A stretch of 25,559 nucleotides of DNA from Propionibacterium ruminifibrarum (GCF_900289195.1 NZ_OMOH01000005.1:265930-291488), one strand, 5' to 3'; shown: positions 6,131 to 14,338, counted from the first letter of the stretch. Translations and numbers: made by a program. The notes: a model not told the origin generated them from the letters alone.

Positions 6131-9097
6131 ATGGCAGCACGCAGGACGACACTGGCGGGCATCCTGGCGCGGCGCGGGTTCACCGGCGCCGCCCACGCCG
6201 CCGAGGTGCTCGAGTCGCTGCCGGTCGACCCGGCCGGGCTCATCGACGAGCTGGCCGCCACGGCCGACCCGGACCTCGCCCTCACCGCCTTCGCCGAACT
6301 CCTCGACAAGGACCCCGAGCTCATCAACGAGGTCATGGGCGACGGCGACTGGCGCCGCCGCCTGGTCACCGTCATCGGCTTCAGCCAGGCCCTCGGCCGC
6401 CACCTGGGCGCCCACCCGCAGGATGTGCGCGTCCTCGCCGACGAGCCGCAACGGTGGACCGCCGCACGCATCCGCGCCGACCTGCTCACCGCCATCGGGC
6501 TGGGCGAACTCGTCGACGCCCGACCCGACGAGCTGGCCTGGGCCGTCGCCACCGAACCCGATGCCGCCGACCGGCTGCGCCTGGCCAACAAGCGCCACCT
6601 GCTGCGGATCGCCGGGCGTGACCTGTCGGCCGACGACCCCCCGGAGATCGTGAGCTCGGTCGCCTCCGAACTCGCCGACCTCGCGGACGCCATCATGGGC
6701 TGCGCACTCGCGATCGCCCGCGGGCAGGTCACCGAGCAGGCAAAGGCCAGGCTGGGGGTCATCGCGCTCGGGAAGTGCGGAGCCCAGGAGCTCAACTACC
6801 TGTCCGACATCGACGTGCTCTTCGTCGCCGAACCCGCCGACGAGTCGGTCCCCTCCTCGGAGGCCACCGCGGTGGGCAATCTCATCGCCGCCGCCATGAC
6901 CCGCATCTGCTCGGCCCACTCCGCCAGCGGCACCATCTGGCAGGTCGACGCGGCACTGCGCCCCGAGGGCAAGAAGGGCCCGCTCACCCGCACCCTGTCC
7001 GGGCACCGGGCCTACTACGAGCGCTGGGCCAGGAACTGGGAGTTCCAGGCCATGCTCAAGGCCCGCCCCATGGCCGGCCACCCCGAGCTGACGGCCGGTT
7101 TCTGCCGGATCGTCGAACCCCTTGTCTGGCAGGCCGGCGGCCGCGACGACTTCATGAGCGAGGCGCAGGCCATGCGCCGCCGGGTCGTCGACCTCATCCC
7201 GGCCAAGGACACCGAGACCGAGATCAAGCTCGGCGCCGGCGGCCTGCGCGACATCGAGTTCAGCGTGCAGCTGCTCCAGCTCGTCCACGGCCGTGTCGAT
7301 GAGCGGCTGCGCCTGCGCGGCACCCTGCCCGCCCTGCGGGCACTGGCCCAGCACGGCTACATCGGCCGCGGTGACGCCTCCGAGCTCGACCGGGCCTACC
7401 GGTTCGAGCGTGTCGTCGAGCACCGCATCCAGCTGTTCAACCTGCGCCGCAGTCACCTGATGCCGCTGTGCGACGACGACCGACGCCGCATCGCCCGCTC
7501 CCTGGGCATGCACGAAGGTGAGGAACTGTGGCACGCCTGGCGCAGCACGGCCCGTGACGTCGAGCACCGGCAGCGCCGCATCTTCTACTCGCCGCTGCTG
7601 GAAGCCGTCTCGCAGCTGTCCGACGAGGAGCTGCGGCTGTCCCCGCAGGCAGCCCAGGACCGCCTCAAGGCCCTCGGCTTCGCCGACCCGCGCTCGGCGC
7701 TGGCCCACATCGAGGCGCTCACCAAGGGGGCCAGTCGCACAGCTGAGATCCAGCGCCAGCTCATGCCCGCCATGCTCGGCTGGTTCGCCGAGGGCCCCAA
7801 CCCCGACCTCGGCCTGCTCAGCTTCCGTCAGCTGTCCGAGGCGATGGGCGGCACCAGCTGGTACATGCGCGCCCTCCGGGACGAGGGGCAGATGGCCGAG
7901 TCCCTGGCGACGATCCTGTCGAGCAGCCGCTACGTCATCAAGATGATCGGCTACGTGCCCGGCGCGGTGCAGATGCTCGCCGACAGCTCCCAGCTCGCCC
8001 CGCGCAGCCGCGAGAGCCTCTCCGAGACGATGAGCGCCGCAGCCCGCCGCCACGACGACACCGAGGAGGCGATCGAGGCGCTGCGCACCATACGGTGCCG
8101 CGAACTCACCCGCCTGGCCCTCGGCGACGCCCTCGGCCTGGTCACCACCCAGAACGTGGGCGCCGGACTGTCGTCGGTCATGGCCGCGACCATCGAGGTC
8201 GCCCTGGCCATCATCGGGCGCGAGCAGATCGACCCGGTGCCGCCGATCGGGGTCGTCGCGATGGGACGCTGGGGCGGCGCCGAACTCAGCTACGGTTCGG
8301 ACGCCGACGCCATGTTCATCGTCCCCGACGGCACGAGCAGCGAGCAGCTGGCCGTCGCCACCCGCGTCGTGGCCCGCCTGCGCGCCCTGCTCAACGCGCC
8401 GGGACGCGGCCCCGCCCTGCGGGTCGACGCCGACCTGAGGCCCGAGGGCAAGGAGGGTCCGATGGTGCGTACCCTGTCCGGCTACCTGACCTACTACGAG
8501 CGGTGGTCGAGCACCTGGGAGCACCAGGCCCTCGTGCGGGCCGACTACGGCGCCGGCGACCGCGGACTCGTCGACGCCCTGCTGGACGGCATCGCGCCGC
8601 TGCGCTACCCGCCCGGCGGTCTCAGGGCCGAGCAGGTGACCGAGATCCGCAGGCTCAAGGGGCGGATGGAACGCGAACGCATCCGGCGCGGCACCGACCC
8701 GCACCGCAACCTCAAACTCGGCCCCGGCGGCCTGTCCGACGTCGAGTGGACCGTCCAGCTGCTGCAGATGCAGCACGCCGGCGACCTCGAACAGCTGCGC
8801 ACCCCGACGACGATGACCGCGCTGGCCGCCCTGCGTGAGACCGGTCTCGTGGGCGAGCACGACGCCCAGGTGCTCGGGCGGGCGTGGCGGCTGGCCAGCG
8901 CGCTGCGCGACCACACGATGCTCGTCAGCGGCCGCTCCAGCGACCTGCTGCCCTCGGACCCGCGCGACCTGGCGGCCATCGCCCTGCAGATGCGCCGGGA
9001 CATGAAGAACGCCTCCGAGCTCATCGAGGACTGGGAACGCACCTCGCGGCGCGCCTCGAACGTCGTCGACCGCATCTTCTGGGAGCGTGACGCATGA
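6131..9097 (+). CDS. glnE: Bifunctional glutamine synthetase adenylyltransferase / adenylyl-removing enzyme
   Basis: 988 aa with GAGGAGG upstream of ATG 6131. Two homologous nucleotidyltransferase halves are present: LGKCGAQELNYLSDIDVLFV...DAALRPEGKKGPL and MGRWGGAELSYGSDADAMFIV...DADLRPEGKEGPM. This is the typical GlnE architecture and size. Confidence 0.95.
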   Translation: MAARRTTLAGILARRGFTGAAHAAEVLESLPVDPAGLIDELAATADPDLALTAFAELLDKDPELINEVMGDGDWRRRLVTVIGFSQALGRHLGAHPQDVRVLADEPQRWTAARIRADLLTAIGLGELVDARPDELAWAVATEPDAADRLRLANKRHLLRIAGRDLSADDPPEIVSSVASELADLADAIMGCALAIARGQVTEQAKARLGVIALGKCGAQELNYLSDIDVLFVAEPADESVPSSEATAVGNLIAAAMTRICSAHSASGTIWQVDAALRPEGKKGPLTRTLSGHRAYYERWARNWEFQAMLKARPMAGHPELTAGFCRIVEPLVWQAGGRDDFMSEAQAMRRRVVDLIPAKDTETEIKLGAGGLRDIEFSVQLLQLVHGRVDERLRLRGTLPALRALAQHGYIGRGDASELDRAYRFERVVEHRIQLFNLRRSHLMPLCDDDRRRIARSLGMHEGEELWHAWRSTARDVEHRQRRIFYSPLLEAVSQLSDEELRLSPQAAQDRLKALGFADPRSALAHIEALTKGASRTAEIQRQLMPAMLGWFAEGPNPDLGLLSFRQLSEAMGGTSWYMRALRDEGQMAESLATILSSSRYVIKMIGYVPGAVQMLADSSQLAPRSRESLSETMSAAARRHDDTEEAIEALRTIRCRELTRLALGDALGLVTTQNVGAGLSSVMAATIEVALAIIGREQIDPVPPIGVVAMGRWGGAELSYGSDADAMFIVPDGTSSEQLAVATRVVARLRALLNAPGRGPALRVDADLRPEGKEGPMVRTLSGYLTYYERWSSTWEHQALVRADYGAGDRGLVDALLDGIAPLRYPPGGLRAEQVTEIRRLKGRMERERIRRGTDPHRNLKLGPGGLSDVEWTVQLLQMQHAGDLEQLRTPTTMTALAALRETGLVGEHDAQVLGRAWRLASALRDHTMLVSGRSSDLLPSDPRDLAAIALQMRRDMKNASELIEDWERTSRRASNVVDRIFWERDA

Positions 9098-9927
9098 GGC
9101 GCCCGAGATTCCCGCAGGGCACCGGCCGGAACCCCGGTGCCGGGCGACCGGAGCCGGGCCGGGGCGCCGACCGCGATGACGGCGCCCTGGTCGTCTTCGG
9201 CGGGACGAGCGACATCGGCCTTGCCATCGCGGCGGAGCTGCTGGCGAGCGCGCCCCGACCCGTCGTCCTCGTGTGCCGGGCGGGCGCGCCCCGGCTGCCC
9301 GCGGCCCGCCGGGCGATGCTCGACGCGGGCGCGACCCGCGTGCGGGTCATCGACCTCGACGTCACCGACCTGGGGGCCCACGAGAGGGCCGTCGACGAGG
9401 CCTTCGCCGACCCGGTCGGCCGTGTCATCGTGGCCTTCGGGGTGCTCGGCGACCAGGAGCGGGCCTGGCAGGACGCGGACGCCGCCGTCAACGTCTTCAC
9501 CGTCAACACGACGGCCGCGGTGAGCATCGGCGTGCTCGTCGCCCAGCGGCTCCGCGGGCAGGTGTGGGCGACCGGGCGGCGCGGCCGCATCATCGCGATC
9601 AGTTCGGTGGCGGCCGAACGGGTGCGGCGCTCCAACTTCGTCTACGGCGCCTCCAAGGCCGGTATGGACGGCTTCTTCACCGGCCTGCGGGAGGCCCTGC
9701 GCCCCGACGGCATCGGCGTGCTCCTCGTCCGCCCGGGCTTCGTGCGCAGCGCGATGACGGCGGGGCGTCGCGTCGCGCTCGCGGTCGACCCTGAGCAGGT
9801 CGGCCGGGCCGTGGCCAGGGCCGACGAGGCCGGCCGCGAGCTGGTGCGCGTGCCGGCCGTCTTCGGGCCGCTCATGGCGGTCTTCACCGTGCTGCCGTCG
9901 TCGCTGGCACGCCGACTGCCCTGGTGA
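9094..9927 (+). CDS. Short-chain dehydrogenase/reductase, DprE2-like (decaprenylphospho-D-erythro-pentofuranosid-2-ulose 2-reductase family)
   Basis: ATG 9094 overlaps the glnE stop (ATGA at 9094-9097). Motifs VVFGGTSDIGLAI (dinucleotide binding), ISSVAAERVRRSNFVYGASKAGMDGF (Ser...Tyr-x3-Lys) and LVRPGFVRSAMT. As I recall, these are collinear with M. tuberculosis DprE2/Rv3791. The 30-aa Arg/Pro/Gly-rich N-terminal extension is of uncertain reality. Confidence 0.85.
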   Translation: MRRPRFPQGTGRNPGAGRPEPGRGADRDDGALVVFGGTSDIGLAIAAELLASAPRPVVLVCRAGAPRLPAARRAMLDAGATRVRVIDLDVTDLGAHERAVDEAFADPVGRVIVAFGVLGDQERAWQDADAAVNVFTVNTTAAVSIGVLVAQRLRGQVWATGRRGRIIAISSVAAERVRRSNFVYGASKAGMDGFFTGLREALRPDGIGVLLVRPGFVRSAMTAGRRVALAVDPEQVGRAVARADEAGRELVRVPAVFGPLMAVFTVLPSSLARRLPW

Positions 9928-9951
9928 TGATCTGCTGAACGGCGGTGGTTC

Positions 9952-10512
9952 TCAGCCGGCCCCGGCGGCGATGCCGTCCAGGAGCAGCTGGACGCCGGCG
10001 CGGAAGTCCGTCTCGCCGTCCTCGGCCGCGAGGGCCGCGCCCCCGTCCGCGCCGGCCAGCGGGGACAGTTGGGCGCGCTGCTGCTCCTCGTTGACGTGGC
10101 CGATGACCAGATGGACGAGTGTGCGGGCGCCCAGACCGGCCCGCGCCTGGTCGAATCCCGCCGCGATGAGCGCCGCCGCGGGCCCCTCGGCCAGGTCGGT
10201 GGCCGCCATGTTGATGGCTCGCATGCTGGCGAGCAGATCGGCTGAGTCGCGGTGGGCCAGCAGGCGGGCCCGCAACTCGTCGGCCCACGCGGCCAGGGAC
10301 TGGCGCCACGGCCCGGCGGGGACCTCGAGGCCGTCGAGAATGGTCGCGACGAGTCTGGCGAGCAGGGTCTGCTTGTTGGCGACGTGCCAGTAGAGCGCCC
10401 CTGCCTTCACGTCGAGGGTCCCGGCCAAGCGGCGCATCGTCAGATCGGCCAGGCCGTACTCGTCGAGAATGCTCAGGGCCGCGTCGATGACGTCCTTCTC
10501 GGTCAGTGCCAT
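9952..10512 (-). CDS. TetR/AcrR family transcriptional regulator
   Basis: The N-terminal HTH (IDAALSILDEYGLADLTMRRLAGTLDVKAGALYWHVANKQTLL) is classic TetR_N. 186 aa. Confidence 0.9.
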   Translation of the reverse strand: MALTEKDVIDAALSILDEYGLADLTMRRLAGTLDVKAGALYWHVANKQTLLARLVATILDGLEVPAGPWRQSLAAWADELRARLLAHRDSADLLASMRAINMAATDLAEGPAAALIAAGFDQARAGLGARTLVHLVIGHVNEEQQRAQLSPLAGADGGAALAAEDGETDFRAGVQLLLDGIAAGAG

Positions 10513-10519
10513 GCTGCGA

Positions 10520-11050
10520 TCAGCCCAGCGCGTCGTAGAGGTCGTTCGTGAAGGCGCCGAGCTCTTCGGCGGTCGAGCCGGTCGCGGTGACCTGGATCAG
10601 CCCGCCGGTCAGCTCGCGGGTGCAGGTGGTGGCGTCCGGTACGTCCTGGGGCGTGCCGCAGTGGGAGGCGCCGACCGTCGTCGAGCCGGTCGTCCTCCTG
10701 CGCTGCGACTCCAGGTAGCCCTTGTCCCGGGTCGCGATGAGGGTCACGAGACGGGTGCCGGTGCCGTCGGTGTAGAGGCCGGTCTGCAGGACGGCCGACG
10801 AGTTGTCGATGGTCGTCGGCGCCGGGGTGGGGGACTCCCGGGTGCTCCAGCCCGCGATCTGTGCGGGAAGGACGAGTCCCTCGGCGGCCAGGGGCGACGG
10901 GCTGCCCGATGCGCTCGAAGCCGGGCTGGAGGGGCTCGCTGCGGTGGAGCTCGCCGAGGGCTCCGGTGCCGGCGGATCCGCGCACCCGGCAAGCGCCAGC
11001 ACGGCCAGTGCCGTGCCGCCGATCGCGAGTGAGTGCTTCAGGAAGCCCAT
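10520..11050 (-). CDS. Putative secreted lipoprotein, unknown function
   Basis: Signal peptide MGFLKHSLAIGGTALAVLALAG|C with a lipobox, then a Ser/Pro/Ala-rich linker and a small Thr/Gly-rich domain with 2 Cys. Its stop is 7 nt before the TetR start, so the two probably form an operon. Confidence 0.7.
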   Translation of the reverse strand: MGFLKHSLAIGGTALAVLALAGCADPPAPEPSASSTAASPSSPASSASGSPSPLAAEGLVLPAQIAGWSTRESPTPAPTTIDNSSAVLQTGLYTDGTGTRLVTLIATRDKGYLESQRRRTTGSTTVGASHCGTPQDVPDATTCTRELTGGLIQVTATGSTAEELGAFTNDLYDALG

Positions 11051-11099
11051 GAGGCCAAGTATGGCAGTCCCGATGGGCTGAGAAACGAGCGTCTAGAAC

Positions 11100-11128
11100 T
11101 TGCAGATACAAGTGAAAGCTCTTACTGT
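11100..11128 (+). promoter_or_regulatory. Candidate sigma-70-type promoter of the HTH/PIN module
   Basis: TTGCAG (11100-11105), a 17-nt spacer, then TACTGT (11123-11128) in a roughly 50% GC intergenic island. The small palindrome CTGTtACAG (11125-11133) overlaps the -10, and CTCGCGAG (11150-11157) lies downstream; both are possible autoregulation operators. Confidence 0.35.
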
Positions 11129-11200
11129 TACAGATGATGTCGAGGACTTCTCGCGAGGGCTCTCGCATCAACTCGGCAGGGTGTTCAAGGGAGGAAGCCG

Positions 11201-11611
11201 ATGGCCATCGTGACCGACGCCGAACATGTCCTGACAACTGCCGAGGATGCGCGGGCAGCCGAAACCGTGGCCGAGGAGATGCGTCGTCCCAAGGCCGTTC
11301 TGCACATTGAGAACCTGCCGCTGCGAACCGTGGAGCTCATTCTCCGGGTACTCGACGTGACGGCAAGGGGAGGGACTCTCAGTGTCACCGCTCTGCCCGA
11401 AGAGCTGACGACGTCCACCGCGGCCAAGATCCTCGGCATCTCGCGCCCCACCCTGATGAAGATGATCCGTGAAGGCCGGATCCCGGCCCACGAGGTGGGG
11501 ACGCACCACAGGCTGAGGACCGAGGACGTCTTCACGGAGCTGCATGAGCGCCGTGAACGCCAACGCGCAGCCTTCGCCGAACTCCTCGAACTGGAAGGTG
11601 ATGAACTGTGA
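11201..11611 (+). CDS. Excisionase/MerR-type helix-turn-helix protein, putative type II antitoxin
   Basis: GGGAGGAAG upstream of ATG 11201. The C-terminal half LTTSTAAKILGISRPTLMKMIREGRIPAHEVGTHHRLRTEDV is an HTH_17-like DNA-binding domain, followed by an acidic tail. It sits directly upstream of a PIN gene. Confidence 0.75.
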   Translation: MAIVTDAEHVLTTAEDARAAETVAEEMRRPKAVLHIENLPLRTVELILRVLDVTARGGTLSVTALPEELTTSTAAKILGISRPTLMKMIREGRIPAHEVGTHHRLRTEDVFTELHERRERQRAAFAELLELEGDEL

Positions 11612-11725
11612 CCCTCGTCCTGCCGCTCTGCGTGGAAGGACGTTCTTCTCGTGAACAGCATGCCGAAGGATGTGCTGTTACGCTTGGCGAGTGATGACCC
11701 TTGGGGGAACCTCGATCTTCCCTGA
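11608..11725 (+). pseudogene. Possible ghost of a displaced PIN-toxin 5' end (non-functional)
   Basis: GTG 11608 overlaps the antitoxin stop (GTGA) and reads VTLVLPLCVEG... before stopping at 11692. The frame continuous with the antitoxin, past its TGA, reads PSSCRSAWKDVLLVNSMPKDVLLRLASDDPWGNLDLP*. As I recall, this resembles the LLDT.VL....RD.LL.LA..GL..P.W N-terminus of this PIN family. KDVLL is encoded twice (11636-11650 and 11666-11680) with different synonymous codons. Confidence 0.3.
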
Positions 11726-12305
11726 CGCCAACTTCTGGATGTCCAGGACACTTCGGGACTGGCTGATCCAGATTTATTTGGTGCCAGAGCATGCCCCTTT
11801 CATGGTCTACTGGACTGAGGATGTTTACGCTGAAACCGCTTATCACCTGCGACGGAAACACCCTGAGTGGGATGGCAAGAATGTCGCAAAGTTTCGGGAA
11901 AAGTTTGAGGTCGTGTTCCCGGCGGGACGGCTGGATGATTTCGATGGGCGGCCTGACAACGTTGTTCTTGCAGATGAGAACGATCAACACATTCATGCGG
12001 CAGCGGTTGCTTGCCGGGCTGATTACGTGGTGACCAGTGACAAGGGTTTTCACGCTGTGAACCGGGATGAGCTTCCTTACGAGGTCTATACCCCAGACGA
12101 GTTCTTCACGCTTGTCGACGAGTCGATGCCATCTGTCGTACGGGCGGCGGCTCTACTTCAGTTCAGATACTGGGAGGGTAATACCGACGAACCTGATATC
12201 GCGGCTCACCTGAGGAAAGCAGGGTGTCCAGAGTTTGCGTCACGTGTCGGTCGGCACTTGTACTTAGCGTTGAGCGGCTCGAGCCATGGCCATGCCCCTA
12301 TCTGA
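11694..12305 (+). CDS. PIN-domain (PIN_3-like) ribonuclease, putative type II toxin
   Basis: Track ORF is 11670..12305; I prefer ATG 11694 (MTLGGTSIFPDANFWMSRTLRDWLIQ...), though 11670 and GTG 11691 are possible. It has an N-terminal acidic PIN residue in FPDAN and a C-terminal ADENDQHIHAAAVACRADYVVTSDKGF...YTPDEFF block, typical of the PIN proteins that pair with excisionase-type HTH partners. GC is visibly lower (low to mid 50s % by eye), with many A/T-ending codons. Confidence 0.75.
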   Translation: MTLGGTSIFPDANFWMSRTLRDWLIQIYLVPEHAPFMVYWTEDVYAETAYHLRRKHPEWDGKNVAKFREKFEVVFPAGRLDDFDGRPDNVVLADENDQHIHAAAVACRADYVVTSDKGFHAVNRDELPYEVYTPDEFFTLVDESMPSVVRAAALLQFRYWEGNTDEPDIAAHLRKAGCPEFASRVGRHLYLALSGSSHGHAPI

Positions 12306-12396
12306 CGCTGAGAGGTTAATTTAGCCCAGATCAGTACGGAAGTGACCGGGGGTGGGCAAGGGTCCTTCGAACGGGCTTCTGGATGGCTTAAAGTGC

Positions 12397-12447
12397 CTTC
12401 GGGCCCGCCTCGGTTGAGACGGACCCGAAGACGTGGATTCGAGGCGG
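12397..12447 (-). terminator. Candidate intrinsic terminator of glnA1
   Basis: Immediately after the glnA1 stop there are alternative stems: CCGCCTCG (12405-12412) with CGAGGCGG (12440-12447), and CTTCGGG (12397-12403) with CCCGAAG (12424-12430). On the minus-strand RNA the second is followed by GCACUUUAAG, a weak U tract. Confidence 0.4.
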
Positions 12448-12451
12448 CGGA

Positions 12452-13873
12452 TCAGATCTGGTAGTACAGGTCGAACTCGTAGGGGTGCGGGCGCTGCTGC
12501 AGCTCGGCGATCTCCTCGCGCTTCATGTCGATCCAGGTGTCGATCAGGTCGGGCGTGAAGACGTCACCGGCGAGCAGGTACTCGTTGTCCTCCTCGAGGG
12601 CGTTGAGCACCTCGGCCAGGGAACTGGGGACCTGGTCGACCTCGTCGTACTCTTCGGGCGGCAGCTCGTAGAGGTCCTTGTCGATGGGCGCCGGGGGCTC
12701 GATCTTGTTCTGGATGCCGTCGATGCCGGCCATCAGCTGGGCGGCGAAGGCCAGGTACGGGTTGGAGCTCGGGTCGGGGCAGCGGAACTCGATGCGCTTG
12801 GCCTTCGGGTTCGGGCCCGTGACGGGGATGCGGATGCAGGCCGACCGGTTCCCGTTCGAGTAGACCAGGTTGACCGGGGCCTCGAAGCCCGGCACCAGCC
12901 TGTGGTAGCTGTTCACCGTCGGGTTGGTGAAGGCCAGCAGGCTGGGGGCGTGCTTGAGCAGGCCCCCGATGTAGAAGCGGGCCATGTCGGACAGCTGGGC
13001 GTAGCCGTTCTCGTCGAAGAACAGGGGCTCGCCGTTCTCCCAGATGGACTGGTGGCAGTGCATGCCCGAGCCGTTGTCGCCCGCGACGGGTTTCGGCATG
13101 AAGGTGGCGCTCTTGCCGTGCCGGTAGGCCGTGTTCTTCACGATGTACTTGAACTTCATCGTGTCATCGGCGCTGGCGAGCAGCTCGTCGAAACGCCAGT
13201 TGATCTCGGCCTGGCCGGCCGAGCCGACCTCGTGGTGGGCGCGTTCGATGTCGAGGCCGGCCTTGAGGCAGTACGTGACCATCTCGTCGCGCAGGTCGAC
13301 GTAGTGGTCGGTGGGGGCGACGGGGAAGTAGCCGCCCTTGACGCGGACTTTGTAGCCCTGGTTGCCGCGTTCCTCCTCGCGTCCGCTGTTCCAGGCGGCC
13401 GCCTCGGCGTCGACCGAGTAGAAGGACTGGTGGCCGTTGGTCTCGTAGCGCACGTCGTCGAAGACGTAGAACTCGGCCTCGGGGGCGAAGTAGGCGGTGT
13501 CCCCGATGCCCGTGGTGCTGAGGTAGGCCTGGGCCTTGCGGGCGATGTTGCGGGGGTCGCGGCTGTAGGGCTCCTTCGTGATGGGGTTGTGCACGAAGAA
13601 GTTGACGATGAGAGTCTTGTGATCGCGGAAGGGGTCGAGCCAGGCGCTGGACGGGTCTGGCATGAGGGCCATGTCGGACTCGTTGATGGTGGCGAAGCCC
13701 TTGACCGAGGAACCGTCGAAGGCGAGGCCCTCGGTGAAGGCCTCGGGGCCGAAACCACTGGCCGGGACGACGAAGTGCTGCATGACGCCGGGCAGGTCGC
13801 AGAAGCGTACGTCGATGAACTCGACGTGCTCGTCCTCGATGAACTTCAGCAGGTCGTCGGCGCCTTTGAACAT
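12452..13873 (-). CDS. glnA: Glutamine synthetase type I (GS-I beta, adenylylation-regulated)
   Basis: 473 aa with GGAGGG 5 nt upstream of ATG 13873. N-terminus [29 protein letters not shown], followed by [25 protein letters not shown] and NRSACIRIP. The adenylylation motif [10 protein letters not shown] is present with the Tyr402 codon at 12668-12670. C-terminus is [12 protein letters not shown]. Confidence 0.97.
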   Translation of the reverse strand: MFKGADDLLKFIEDEHVEFIDVRFCDLPGVMQHFVVPASGFGPEAFTEGLAFDGSSVKGFATINESDMALMPDPSSAWLDPFRDHKTLIVNFFVHNPITKEPYSRDPRNIARKAQAYLSTTGIGDTAYFAPEAEFYVFDDVRYETNGHQSFYSVDAEAAAWNSGREEERGNQGYKVRVKGGYFPVAPTDHYVDLRDEMVTYCLKAGLDIERAHHEVGSAGQAEINWRFDELLASADDTMKFKYIVKNTAYRHGKSATFMPKPVAGDNGSGMHCHQSIWENGEPLFFDENGYAQLSDMARFYIGGLLKHAPSLLAFTNPTVNSYHRLVPGFEAPVNLVYSNGNRSACIRIPVTGPNPKAKRIEFRCPDPSSNPYLAFAAQLMAGIDGIQNKIEPPAPIDKDLYELPPEEYDEVDQVPSSLAEVLNALEEDNEYLLAGDVFTPDLIDTWIDMKREEIAELQQRPHPYEFDLYYQI

Positions 13874-13960
13874 GATGTCCCTCCGGGAGAGTCGAGCGCG
13901 GCCCGGTGCCGTGCTCGTGCGGTGTCGGGGATCACGCTACTAGCAGTTGAGTCTCCCCGT

Positions 13961-13987
13961 GTTGCACGCGTGTTTCACCAAGGTATC
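13961..13987 (-). promoter_or_regulatory. Candidate GlnR-type box upstream of glnA1
   Basis: Read in the glnA1 direction the sequence is GATAC-n6-GAAAC-n6-GCAAC: three 5-mers ending in AC with 11-bp phasing, 90-115 bp upstream of the start codon. A possible -10 TAGCGT lies just downstream (complement of 13934-13939). It resembles the actinobacterial GlnR gTnAc-n6-GaAAc / AC-n9-AC pattern. Confidence 0.3.
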
Positions 13988-14338
13988 GGTTCGGTCCGGG
14001 CGGCCTTGACGAGACCCCGGTCAATGCCGGGAGGGCTGCCGCGGTGGGGGCGGTGCGGGCCCGGTGGTCTCCTCGGCCGTGCCGGCATGCTCATGGGCCC
14101 GACCGGGCAGGGTTGTGCTCGCCGGTATTTCTTTAGGAAAGCCTTCCCAATATATGTGCTTGAATGTTAGCCTCAGTGCGCCTGAGGCCTCGGGTCATGC
14201 TGCGGCTCGGACCCCACACGGGAGCGGCACCGGGATTCGAGGCCGATGGTCCAGCTCGGGTCGGATCCTGCTGTGTTCGGGACGACGAGGCCCGCGGCGC
14301 ATCATGCATCAGGCCCATAGCGAGAACCGGGGAAGGTC

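Noticed and set aside
12306-12396. tRNA-like TTCGAAC element (ggtccttcgaacggg) in the low-GC spacer after the PIN gene.
   Set aside because: I could not fold flanking T-arm, acceptor or anticodon stems around it, so it is an isolated motif only.
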